A DNA stretch of 63,970 nucleotides, filler included, from Saprolegnia diclina VS20 (lineage: Eukaryota), in assembly GCF_000281045.1 (NCBI RefSeq). It is 5 parts of 3 records of this genome, joined end to end, with 100 filler letters (N's around TTAATTAATTAA, not from the genome) between each part and the next. Parts side by side here need not be neighbours in the genome. Positions count along the whole stretch, not along the records: positions 9,107 to 39,292 come from NW_008246071.1; 4 more parts are not named here. One strand, 5' to 3'. Each line of letters starts with the position of its first letter. Within the stretch, counting starts at the first letter, position 1. The translations under genes were made by a program, and so were the position numbers. This document shows positions 23,850 to 34,509 of the stretch, piece after piece. A model generated the notes under the pieces. It saw only the letters and a list, made by a program, of their open reading frames with translations, searched no databases and had not been told where the DNA came from.

Positions 23850-25010
23850 ATGGAGATGAACAAGAAGATCGAGGAGGTCGTTGCCAAGGCGGGCGTTGCG
23901 ATCCTCAACGACGAAGACGCGCTCATCGTGGACGATGAGTGGACGCCCGAGCGCGAGACGTTGGCCCTCGAGCTCCTCAACCAGGACAAGAAGGTCGTGC
24001 CGGCGTTCTGGCAAGGTGCGCGTCGCTGCTCTAAAAGCTACGACTCACGTCTTTGCAGAAAAGTACGAGCGCGAAGCCGCCAAGAGCTGGGACCTCTTCT
24101 ACAAGCGAAACACGACCAACTTTTACAAGGACCGGTAGCGATGATCTCGACGCTGCTCGGCAATTGCGATCGGTGTAGGCACTACTTGCATTTGGTATTT
24201 CCCGATTTGGCTCCCAAGGAAGATGGCACAATGGTTTTGAGCAAACTGGCAACCCACTTCGATGCTCAATATGGCTTCGTAGGCTTCGTCTGAGCCGCAG
24301 TGGCTCCTCGAAGTGGGCTGTGGAGTCGGCAATGCGGCGCTTCCGCTGCTCGAAGTGAATCCGAACCTCAACGTCGTCGCCATCGACTTTGCGCCAAAAG
24401 CCGTCGATCTCTTCAAGGTGCACATTCCTTGGGTTGTCCATTTATCCATTTTCGATGCAGGAGCAACCGCTCTACGATCCGGCGCGCGTCCATGTGTCCG
24501 TGTGTGACATCACGAAGGACGTGCTCCCGGCCATCATTGACGAAGCCGGCGGCGTCAACTATGCGCTTTTCATGTTTTGTCTCTCGGCGCTGCGCCCTGA
24601 CAAGATGCAAGACGCTGTCGCCAAGATTGCGAGCGCCGTGCGCCCCGGTGGCAAGGTACTAGACATATGCTCTGCGCCTCTCCGACACGAGTGTTTAGAT
24701 TTTCTTTCGTGACTACGGCCGCTACGACCAAGCGCAGCTCCGCTTCAAGCCCGGTCACAAACTCGCCGAAAATTTTTACGTGCGCCAAGACAACACGCGC
24801 GCCTACTACTTCACGACTGGTACTCGATGTGCTGATGGACCACCGGCACTGATTATGTTCCCAGAGGAGGTCCAGACGCTCTTTGAAGCTGCGGGCATGG
24901 TGCAGGTAGAGAACGAGTACATTCGCCGGCAGTACGCCAACCGGTCACAAAATGTTGTGCGCTTCCGCGTGTGGATCCACGCCGTGTTTGAAAAGCCCAT
25001 GCAGCAGTAA
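23850..25010 (+). CDS. METTL6: tRNA N3-methylcytidine methyltransferase (METTL2/METTL6/Trm140 family), multi-exon
   Basis: 'KYEREAAKSWDLFYKRNTTNFYKDRHYL', 'LEVGCGVGNA', 'FRDYGRYDQAQLRF', 'YVRQDNTRAYYF' and 'RVWIHAVF'. Confidence 0.88.
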
Positions 25011-25127
25011 GCCACCAATACAGAGCTGTTTCCTTCTTGAAAGATCGTCATATTAGCCAATCAAAAGCCGAGCGTTGCAGCCAATCCAACCATTGCGCGG
25101 CCGACCAATCAAATCGACTTTGCAACG

Positions 25128-26429
25128 ATGCTGCGCCGGCCGTTCTCGTCCTTCCGGCCGTGGAAGCAGGGCGCTGGGGGCGCTGGGAAGCGCAAGCCGG
25201 ACGCCAAGTCGTGGCTCCCCAAGACGGAGCCACCCAAGGTCGAGCTGCCGCCCGGCGAGGCGTTGTACGGTATCCACGGCGTGCGCCAGGCGCTGCGCTG
25301 CAACCAGCGCGCCTTTCACAAGCTCTACCTGCGCGACACGAACGACCAAAAGACGGCAGCCAAGAAGCCTTCATCGGAAGACGAGCGCCACCTGAAGGAG
25401 ATCAAGGCCATGGCAACCGACGCTGGTATTCCCATCGTGTACGAGAGGTGCGATCGTAAACTCGAGTACCAGTGCTTCAACTCTGTCCACTAGCAAGTGG
25501 CTGCTGAACCGAGCGACCGACGACAAACCGCATCAAGTACAACAACACGCAATTGCTCATCCACTGATAGCAAACTTATCCGTGCGCAGGGCGTCGTGCT
25601 CTTTGCAGATCCGCTGGCGATCGCCGAGTTCGAGCCGGACGTGCCACCAGGTATCCACGCATATTCAGTGGTCTTATGGCTACTCGGCGCATGTGTGCAG
25701 CCGATGCATCCGGTCGCCCGCCCGTGCTGCTGGCCCTCGACGAGATTCACGACGCGCAGGTTTTCAAATTATGCTGAAACGCAGCGCTGATCCTGGCGGC
25801 TGTAGAATTTTGGCGCCGTCTTGCGCTCGGCCCACTTCCTTGGCTGCCATGGCGTGCTGACGAGCATGCGTCACAGCGCACCGCTCTCGCCCGCGGTACG
25901 TGCCCTCTTGTTTCCTGGAGTTTGATTCGCTGAACATATGACCCAGGTGTTGCGTGCGTCTGTTGGTGCGGCGGAGGTGCTCGTTGCCGAGGTGCCACGC
26001 TCGTGATGGCTTGCGGTCATGCTCACGGGCCGTCATCCATTAGGGTCGTTTGTGGGAAACGCGCAACATGCACCAAGCCATTGCGATGAGCAAGGACCTC
26101 GGCTGGGACGTTGTTGGCGCGTGCAGCGGCGCCAAGTCCATCTCAGCCGACACGTTCGCGCTCACAAAGCCCACGATCCTAGTCATGGTAACATTTCCAC
26201 AGCAAACGCTCCACAAATCATCTGCTAGGGCAACGAACACCGCGGGCTCAAGTCCAACATCAAGCAGTGCTGCGATGCTATTTTGACCATCCCAGGTTCT
26301 CCAGTGCCAGCTCGCCCATATCTCATGCAGTGAACAGGAGCTCCGCAAGATGCTGCGTCCAAGGTCGACTCGCTCAACGTCAGCGTCGCGGCAGGCATCC
26401 TGATGTATCAACTCCTCCATGGTCACTAA
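25128..26429 (+). CDS. MRM1: SpoU/TrmH-family rRNA 2'-O-methyltransferase (mitochondrial MRM1-like), multi-exon
   Basis: Transit-like N-terminus, '[11 protein letters not shown]', 'HQGVVL', '[23 protein letters not shown]', 'GNEHRG' and '[15 protein letters not shown]'. Confidence 0.82.
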
Positions 26430-26488
26430 TAGAGCTACAAGTCGAAGATGGAGTAGAATAGCGCTAAATTCTTAAATAGGTTGGGTAA

Positions 26489-27676
26489 TTACATAATGCT
26501 ACAAGCTTCGCCCAGGGCGGGCTTGAGGGGCTGGGGCCACGCCTCCATGCGATCAAGCTTGATCACCTGGATGCCGCCAGACTGGCATGTGACAAGGGCC
26601 TCGCGCGAGTGGCTGCCGTACGACGATCGGACGTTGAAGCCGGCAACACCGTGGCAAATGCCTTCGAACCGGTTGTTCTGGCCGACGAGGCGCAAGTACG
26701 GCTTCTCGTTGGTGACAGTGAAGACCGCGAGACCGCCAATCTGGCACGCGCAGAGGAGGAGACTACCAAACACCTTGACGTCGAACACGGCGCCGTACGC
26801 GGACTTGACGTGGCCAAGCGACTTGATCGCCTCAACGTCCACAATGTTGACGATGTAGATGCCCTTGTTGCCGCACGCGACGTACGCCGTCGTGTTGTCG
26901 TCGTCCAGCGAGATGGACCGCGCTTCGCCCGTGAAAACGCGGTCGATGGACACCAAGCGAGGGTGCTTGGGGTCGACAATGTCAACGACTGCGAGGAAAC
27001 CCGCATCGCATGCTACAATCGCATACTGGTCGTCCTTGATCGCGACGGAACGGGCCTTGTACTGTCCGAGCGCGTGATGCAGCGCGATCATCGAGATCCA
27101 ACTGTGGGTACGCGTGTCGAAGAGGCAGAGGCCGAGGCTGTCGCAAGCGACGACGGCGACGGGCTTGGCCATGCACATGGCGACGCCGAGTGCAGGTACG
27201 TTATGGGTCTCGGCAATCGTAAGGCTGTCGTCGGCTTCGCGCCCCAGGATGACGAGACCTCCTTCTTGGCACGCGACGTACACCGCCTTGCCACTGGGCG
27301 ATGCTGTAAGTGACAATGCGGTGCCGGGTACGCTCACTTTCGCAAGCACTTTGCGAGTTGCGAGGTGCATCATCGCGACGTAGTTGATGCAGGCGACATA
27401 GGCCATGTCCCCGCACGTGTCGACACCGTACGCGAGGCCGCCAAGGAGGACGCCGACCGAATCGGGCGACGAGATCATCTTGGGGCGGTATATGTACTCG
27501 GGGCCCGTCGTGACCGAGTGTCGCCGGGCCTCGCCTGTCTTAGCCGCCATCTTGAACGACCGCTTCTCCATGAGGCTGGCCGAAGTAAAGTCGCCGAGAA
27601 GCGTCATGCTGCCGTCTTGTTCGAAAATGGCAGGTGCCACGACGGGCCAAGCAGGCTCCTGGCCTGGCCTCATCAA
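26489..27676 (-). CDS. LVIVD-like repeat beta-propeller protein with C-terminal CaaX (CSIM)
   Basis: ~42-aa repeats 'ARS+.+....AYVACGxxGLx+VDIxDPxxP'; intronless; ends GEACSIM*. Confidence 0.8.
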   Translation of the reverse strand: MMRPGQEPAWPVVAPAIFEQDGSMTLLGDFTSASLMEKRSFKMAAKTGEARRHSVTTGPEYIYRPKMISSPDSVGVLLGGLAYGVDTCGDMAYVACINYVAMMHLATRKVLAKVSVPGTALSLTASPSGKAVYVACQEGGLVILGREADDSLTIAETHNVPALGVAMCMAKPVAVVACDSLGLCLFDTRTHSWISMIALHHALGQYKARSVAIKDDQYAIVACDAGFLAVVDIVDPKHPRLVSIDRVFTGEARSISLDDDNTTAYVACGNKGIYIVNIVDVEAIKSLGHVKSAYGAVFDVKVFGSLLLCACQIGGLAVFTVTNEKPYLRLVGQNNRFEGICHGVAGFNVRSSYGSHSREALVTCQSGGIQVIKLDRMEAWPQPLKPALGEACSIM

Positions 27677-28224
27677 CTGGCCTCATGGAGTGTCAGTCAG
27701 CACTTTAAACCAGTCCTCCCTGAAAAAACCGGCTTTAACGTATGCGTGAAAGTACGTTAAAGCGCCGGGCGCATACTGAACGTAGTGGGACATCAAAGGC
27801 ATTCTTCCGTGAGAAGAGCCGGGCGCATACGCCCAACCTTGCAGTTTGTATCGATCGGCAAGTGGCAACCAACGTTCGGAGCGGGGCTGCTTGACACCGC
27901 GCCACGTGCCACAGTACTCGGCCGACGGCGGCTTCGGGCACAGTATCACACAAACGTGCCAGAAGACCAAGAGCCAAAGGCGAGGTTTCAGACAAAAGTA
28001 CAATGCAGGCGACGAGACATGGCCGGCCTCCAAAATGGTCAGCTACTGGGCTCACCTTCGTCGATCGAACGACGGCTGACCCGCTACCGGCCACGGTGCT
28101 GGCCACCTGCAAATTTCGAGGCGCTATCACCCAAGCGGCCACAGTGGATCGATTCCTCACAGCAAACCTGCCTTCATCAGGCAGCGACATGGTCAGTCGG
28201 TGCTGGCCCGCGCAGAACCTCGGA

Positions 28225-28790
28225 TGATGCAGCATCCCACGAAGCGAGTAGCCGCGCCTCTGAGAACTCGCACTCGGCGTTTCGTCGCAGGGTCCAAACC
28301 ACTGAGATCACATGACTCGGACAGATGGCACGCTACAACTGCATTCGGGCCGCAAGAGCTGCCGGAAGCCTCCCTTATATCAGAATTATCTACACAAAGC
28401 ACAAAGGCCGTAAACGACGCCGCGTACGTAAGCCACGATCTGGTCGCCGTGTATCAAAGCATGGTCAATGGTCAAGGGCATGTTCCGCATTGGAAGCTTC
28501 GGGAAGCAAAGGAGCATCCGAGATACCCGCGCGGCTCTTTGACAAGGGACATGACTGCATTTCGCTGGGTGTAGAGAGAGAGACCTTTGCTTCCGCCACG
28601 AACTGCAAGCTACTCACTTGCACTGGCCCGAGTAGAAGTTGCCCGGGCGTTGGGTTGTCGTCGACAAACTACATACCTTGTACGTGGTTGTCGCCTTGTA
28701 CGTAGTTTGTCGACAGTACCGACGGTTCAAAGCAGCTTTCAAAGCATTCTCGACGTCCTCCCGAAGTGGCGCCATTTCCCTGGTGGATGA
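28225..28790 (+). CDS. possible small hypothetical protein
   Basis: Short ORFs that might be spliced together; no recognisable motif. Confidence 0.2.
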
Positions 28791-28861
28791 GTCTTCAACT
28801 CTCTCGTAGAGTCAAAGTCGGCAAATTAGGATTAAATACATCTCCAAACCAGTACACAGCG

Positions 28862-30196
28862 CTAGAGCCACACAGAATCTGCCGACGTATTGTCGCCGGA
28901 CGTCGACCGCTGTCGTCGAAGCTCCCTCGGTGACTGCAGCGATGGATCTGACCGACGGCGCGAGGAACTCGTATCGTCCTGCTGCTGCTTTTTCAAGCCT
29001 CGCGGGCCCATAAAGAACTCGGGCGGTGCGTGCGACCCACCCTTCTTTCGCCCAAACGCAGCAAAAAAGCCACCTTTTTGCGGCGACGGCGCGGTCGTCG
29101 GTCGTCGCGGTGACGTCGGAACGAGAAGGGTCGTCATCGGGCGCTTCGAGGGCGCCTCGGCAAGCATCGCCTGGTGGGCCTTGAGCTCGGCGCGGAGCCG
29201 ATCGACTTCAGTCTGAAGGCGCTTCTGTTCCTCATCGTCGACCGAGGCTGCAGCCTGAAACCGCTTCTTCCGCACAAAGTTGCCGAGCACGTGGGTGGCC
29301 TTTTCGAATGCGAGCTCCTTCTTCAAGCTTTCGACTTGTTGTGCTAGCTCTACCGCATACGCGTCCTTGTTCGCGTCTTCGCTTAGGGGCTTGAACGTGC
29401 GAAGGTGGTCCACTTCTGGGAGATTGAGGAGGCTGTGCATTTCGTTCACAAGGGCGAGCTTCATATCTTGCACGTGTGGCGCTGTCGTCACGTCGGCGAT
29501 ATCTTCTACGGACGATGCGCGCAGGTCGGACGCGTACTTGAGTTGCTGGAGCTCTTGCGTCATGACGCGGACCTGTTCTTCGTTGTCCGTCACTTCTTTT
29601 GACGTCGCCTCTTCCGCTTGGGTGAGCGCCTCGCTAATGTTGTGTCCGCTCGACGCCTCGACTTGAACCTTGTCGAACCACGTCGCAAGCGCCTCGGCGC
29701 GCGTAAGCAGCGAGAACGCCTTCTTCTTCATGGTCTTCTGGACGCGTGCATCACTTTCTTGTCGGCCAATCTCGATAAATATGCTTCCAGCCTCGGTGTA
29801 GCCGTCAATCGCTGTCGTGAAGCGGCGCGCCCGCTCGTCGTTCATTGCGGCCGTTGCAATCTTTAGCGCCGCCTCGTAGAGCACGCTGGCGTCGACCGGC
29901 CTTGACGGCAGCGGCGCTTCGGCGTACATGGGCATCAGACGAGGCGGACGATGTGCATCTTCGGACGGTGGCGGCGTCGCCAAAGACGTGTACATGGTGG
30001 TACGCGGCTCCGAACTGGGGGGCGTTAGTGTCGTCTGCGACGGCGGCGGCGCGATGTATGAGGTTGCCTCGTCGTCCCACTCGTCTTCGCTGACCTCGGT
30101 GAACGTGACGTCGCCAAGCGGCTGCAAGAGCGGGCGGGCGAGCGCCGTCGGCGCCTTCCCAGTGCGTAGGCTCGCGAGCCGGTCTTCGAGCGACAT
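28862..30196 (-). CDS. MIT-domain coiled-coil protein
   Basis: 'AALKIATAAMNDERARRFTTAIDGYTEAGSIF...KKKAFSLLTRAEAL' fits a MIT three-helix bundle; coiled coil downstream. Confidence 0.75.
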   Translation of the reverse strand: MSLEDRLASLRTGKAPTALARPLLQPLGDVTFTEVSEDEWDDEATSYIAPPPSQTTLTPPSSEPRTTMYTSLATPPPSEDAHRPPRLMPMYAEAPLPSRPVDASVLYEAALKIATAAMNDERARRFTTAIDGYTEAGSIFIEIGRQESDARVQKTMKKKAFSLLTRAEALATWFDKVQVEASSGHNISEALTQAEEATSKEVTDNEEQVRVMTQELQQLKYASDLRASSVEDIADVTTAPHVQDMKLALVNEMHSLLNLPEVDHLRTFKPLSEDANKDAYAVELAQQVESLKKELAFEKATHVLGNFVRKKRFQAAASVDDEEQKRLQTEVDRLRAELKAHQAMLAEAPSKRPMTTLLVPTSPRRPTTAPSPQKGGFFAAFGRKKGGSHAPPEFFMGPRGLKKQQQDDTSSSRRRSDPSLQSPRELRRQRSTSGDNTSADSVWL

Positions 30197-30199
30197 GTA

Positions 30200-30326
30200 C
30201 GCGTCTGATGATGACCGAATTGCAATACTTTGGCCGTTGGACACTTTCGAAATCCAATGCAGCGACCAATCAAATGCGGCCAAGGCCCTGGGCGCGCACT
30301 GATTGGCCTAAACAACACACTTGGTC
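30200..30326. promoter_or_regulatory. compact bidirectional promoter with opposed CCAAT boxes
   Basis: GACCAATCA (~30263) and TGATTGGCC (~30300) lie between divergent starts at 30196 and 30327. Confidence 0.5.
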
Positions 30327-31101
30327 ATGACAACGCAGTCGATCGAAGTCGCCGGCCGCGCGTACGCGATCTCGGAGACGCTCGAGAGCGACCAGCTCGA
30401 TGCGCTCTTCTCCGACGCGTGGACGGGCTCGCTCGTGTGGCGCGCGTCCGTCTTTCTCTCGCAGCATCTCGCGCGGCTCCAGGGCGAAGGCGGCTTTGCG
30501 CCTGGTGCCACCGTCGTCGAGCTCGGTAGTGGCTGGTACGTCAAGGCAGTGCCATACTGGACAGCGCATCACCGCTTTACTGTCTAGTGGCCTCGTGGGT
30601 CTTGTGGCACAGGACCTCGGCGCCGCTCGTGTTGTCGTGACAGACCAGGAAGAAATCGTTGGCCTCCTCCAGCACAACCTCGCCTTGAACCTGCCGCGCG
30701 ACCTAGGTGCCATCATGGCAAAGCAGTTCAATTGGGGCAGTCCTCGCTATGCCGAACTCTTTATCAAGAACAAACCCTTCGACTATATCGTCGTCTCGGA
30801 CTGTACGTAACATCGGTACGCACATATCGTCAAATGGAGTAGGTATTAACCCCATTTACGGCGTCGACTCGTGGCGCAACCTCGCCAAAAGCATCTACGA
30901 CCTCGGCTCAACGCACACTGTACATGTAATCTCGCTAGATATCGGCGTCCTCAGAATGGCTAGGTGTGCTACTTGTCGTACGAGGAGCGCGGGGATAACG
31001 CGGCGCTCGCCGACTTCCAAGCATGCAGTGCGGCCTACTTGCAGCACGAGCTACTCGTGAGGGACGGCAGCATTCTCCTCTTCCGTATCACGCGTACATG
31101 A
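30327..31101 (+). CDS. protein lysine methyltransferase (Methyltransf_16/METTL21-like), multi-exon
   Basis: 'WTGSLVWRASVFLS', 'VVELGSGCGLVG', 'VVVTDQ', 'FNWG', 'FDYIVVSDC' and 'YEER'. Confidence 0.85.
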
Positions 31102-31176
31102 GAAGAAGATTGCTACGGATATCGCTATAAATATACCGGGTGCTGTTGTTGATCCTCCAACAGCGTCGGGTTTGGC

Positions 31177-32847
31177 ATGGACGGGTATGCCAAGATCCGC
31201 GTCCTAGGCGAAGGCTCATTCGGCCTCGTGTATCTCATGCGCGAGAAGGCTGAGCGCGGTGGGCTCGTCTGCGTCAAAGACATTTCGGTCCAGACCAAGA
31301 CCGGGCTTGCCGACAGCGTCCAGGAGGCGCGGCTCCTCGCTCGCCTCTCGCACCCCAACATCGTCGCATACAAAGATGCATTCATTGCGCGCAACCAACG
31401 CCACTACTACATCGTCATGCAGTACTGCTCTGGCGGTTTGCTTATCCTGTCTCGCCCCACGCACGTCGATCGTTGTGCCCGGCTAGGCGACTTGCACGCC
31501 AAGATCACCGCTCAGCGCCAGCGATTCCCAGAGCACGCGGTACTGCTCATGTTTGTGCAAGTTTGTCTTGGGCTGCATGCGATGCACGCCGAAGGCATCC
31601 TGCATCGGTAACACCTCTGGTCCACACGTCTACCATTCACTGCGTTTAGCGATATCAAGAGCCAGAACGTCTTCATTTCCAACTCGGGCCAATACATCCT
31701 CGGGGACCTGGGCATTTCACGAGTCTGTGCGATACAAGACTACAGACGCTTGATGTTTGATGCGTAGGAGCTATCGGGCCGCAACAACATGGCGTCCACC
31801 TTTGTGGGCACGCCGTACTTTTTGTCGCCCGAGCAGTGCGCCGGCGAGCGCTACACCTTCTCGGCCGACGTCTGGGCGCTCGGCTGCCTCCTCTACGAGC
31901 TCTGCGCACTCACGTATCCCTTCACCGGCGCAACTACCCCGGCGCTGCTGACCAACATTTGCAGTGGGTTCTACGTACCCATTCATCGCGAGTACAGTTT
32001 TGGGCTGCAAAAACTCGTCATGAAAATGCTCGCCGTATCCCCAAGCAGCCGACCAAGCCTCACAGAAGTGCTTCAGAGTCCACTGCTAACAGCGCCGCTG
32101 CAGAGCTACGTCGCAGATCTGCGCAAATGTGCTTCGTACGGACCTACACCATATAGCATTTGGTAATTCCGTCTTCACTCAAATAGAAAAGCCCACTTGG
32201 CAACGATAAGCACCCAGCTCACAGCGCTAGACCTGTCCGACCTTTGGACCAAAGCCAAGTCGACGCATGGCGCCTTCCTCTTCAACACGACCATAACGCC
32301 GGTGCCGCAGTTCGCGCACGTCGAGGTCGACTTGGCGGACTGGCTCGAAAAGGAGCGGCAGCGCCATTTGCTGCAGATTCTGGAGCATATCAAGGCCAGC
32401 CATGCCCTCGCGCGCGCGCCACCACCTCCTCCGTACAAGTCTATATCGATATCCTACGAGTACTACCGATACCGATACCTGTGTAGACCCGTATCGCCGC
32501 CACATCCGGTGAAGCGACTGCCCACCATGCGCTCGTCGCCTTCGATGGACCCCGAGTGGCAGCCGCCGGTGCAGGTCTCGCCACGCCCAGCAGTCGTCAA
32601 GCGGCACGGACCACGGCACAAAGGGGTCGTCGGCAGCTTCCGCCGAGGTGTGCCGCTAACCAACGACGCCAAGGCGTACCTTGCAACGGCGTGCAAAGAT
32701 GTGCGCGTTCTCCGAGCCCAAGCGTACCAAGACGCAGCGCGGGCGCGAGATGCAGCATTCGCCGTCGCGACAGTCGCCGAGACGAACGACGCATGGGCAA
32801 TTCTCGAAGTCGAGTGCTACGCACAGCTGCAAGCGCTTCGCAAATAA
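31177..32847 (+). CDS. NIMA-related (NEK) Ser/Thr kinase, multi-exon
   Basis: GEGSFG, '[17 protein letters not shown]', [14 protein letters not shown], '[12 protein letters not shown]' and 'DVWALGC'. Confidence 0.9.
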
Positions 32848-32902
32848 CACGACAAGAAGAAAAGTAGGCTCGTTGTTAAAATCAACCTCGTGTCAACGTC
32901 GC

Positions 32903-34168
32903 CTACTTGAGGCGGTCGATACAGCGAACGCCCTGCTCGTCGTACTCTTGCTTGGAGATCCAGAACTGGTCGTTGTCCTTCATCATGTCGGCGAGGACGC
33001 TGCCGCCAAGGAATACGAGGTGCTTGCGGCGCGGCGGGTCATTGATGCGGAGGCGGAACTTACCCAAGCGAGACTTGTCGCCCTTGAGAACGTCGTTGAG
33101 GTATCGATCCTTGATGTCCTTCTCGAGACGGCTCGGAAGACCCGGGTACATGGTAGAGCCGCCACTGAGGACAATGTTCTTGTACAGCTCCGGGCGGATA
33201 TCGATCTCGGCCTTCTGGCACATGTCGAAGACCATGTCGCTCAAGCCGGCGCCTTCGATGCCAATCAGGTGCGGTTGGAAGAGCGCTTCCGTCGCCTACA
33301 CACCACCGTGGTTCATGAGCGACAAGCCACGCGATGCACGCCGACCTCGAAGCGCTCGCGGCCAAGCTTGACAATGCGGCCATCTGGGAGCTCGTACGTT
33401 TCCTCGAGAACCGTTGTCTCAAGGGCGAGCTGGCGCTCAATCGTCGGGTCCAGCGCAGCGTAGCAATGACGCTCCTTGATTTGGCGCACGGTCTCAAAGT
33501 CCGCCGTTCGGTTAAACGCATAGCCACGGAGCAGCATGAGCTTGATGAGGTACTGCGTGATGTGGCGGCCCGCAACGTCGAGACGGCGGATGAGGTGCTG
33601 GGGCACAAAGCCTTCATAGACAGGTACGACATGCGAGACACCGTCGCCCGAGTCGATGACGACGCCCGTCAAGAGACCTTGAGCGTACAGCGTGAGCATG
33701 GCCTGCACCGCAATGTGCGTGCCCTGGAACCCGTACTTTTCAAACATGACCTCCGTGAGCTTTTCGCGGTTGGCCTTGGGGTTGAGCGGCGGCTCCGTGA
33801 GCATGATGCGCATCTCTTGCGGGTTGACATTGAGGCGGTCGTGGAACGTGTAGTCCCACAACTTCTCCATGTCGTCCCAGTTCTTGACGATGCCGTTCTC
33901 GACCGGGTAGCTGATCTGGAGGTTCGAGCGCACATACGCGGCCTCGTCACCGCACATGACGTCCTTCAGAAGGACGTCCTTGTTGACTGCTTCCTCGGCG
34001 CGCAGGATCGGCCGGCCGACCATCGACGGGAAGATGTGCCGCGGAAAGTTCTCGGCCGCAAAGCCGCACTTGACAAACTAGAGAAGCGCCGTGAGGACGC
34101 GGCCATGGGCCAAACGTACGTACCCCCGTCCCGTTGTCGCAGACTACGATCTTGTTGGCGGCCACCAT
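32903..34168 (-). CDS. ARP2: actin-related protein 2 (Arp2/3 complex), 3 exons
   Basis: '[16 protein letters not shown]', '[11 protein letters not shown]', '[12 protein letters not shown]', '[13 protein letters not shown]' and '[17 protein letters not shown]'. Confidence 0.95.
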
Positions 34169-34509
34169 AGCGTCGTCTTTGTCGACGGAAGATTTCCCAA
34201 AACTGAGGTCGACCTTGCCCAGGTTCGAGCCGTATCCGGACGGTATGCGGATGACGATCGAAATCAACGCATATAGTGTACGATGCGCTTCTCGTGCACC
34301 TGGCGCCGGTTCGCTCGACTCTTTACTGCACGCACGTGTGCATCTGCTGTCGCCATAAACGCTTGATTCGAGCGCAGACTATATTTATACTAAGGAGGTC
34401 TCCAATATCTCGATTGCCACTGTGCTCTCCGGTATTCTATTTTACACTATTTGTGTGGATGACAAAGATTAAGCTTTAAGCTTTTTGACCTGGCACAAGT
34501 CGACGGACG

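Noticed and set aside
23850..31101. Methyltransferase gene cluster
   Set aside because: The three enzymes belong to unrelated families with different substrates and are interspersed with unrelated genes; this is probably chance.
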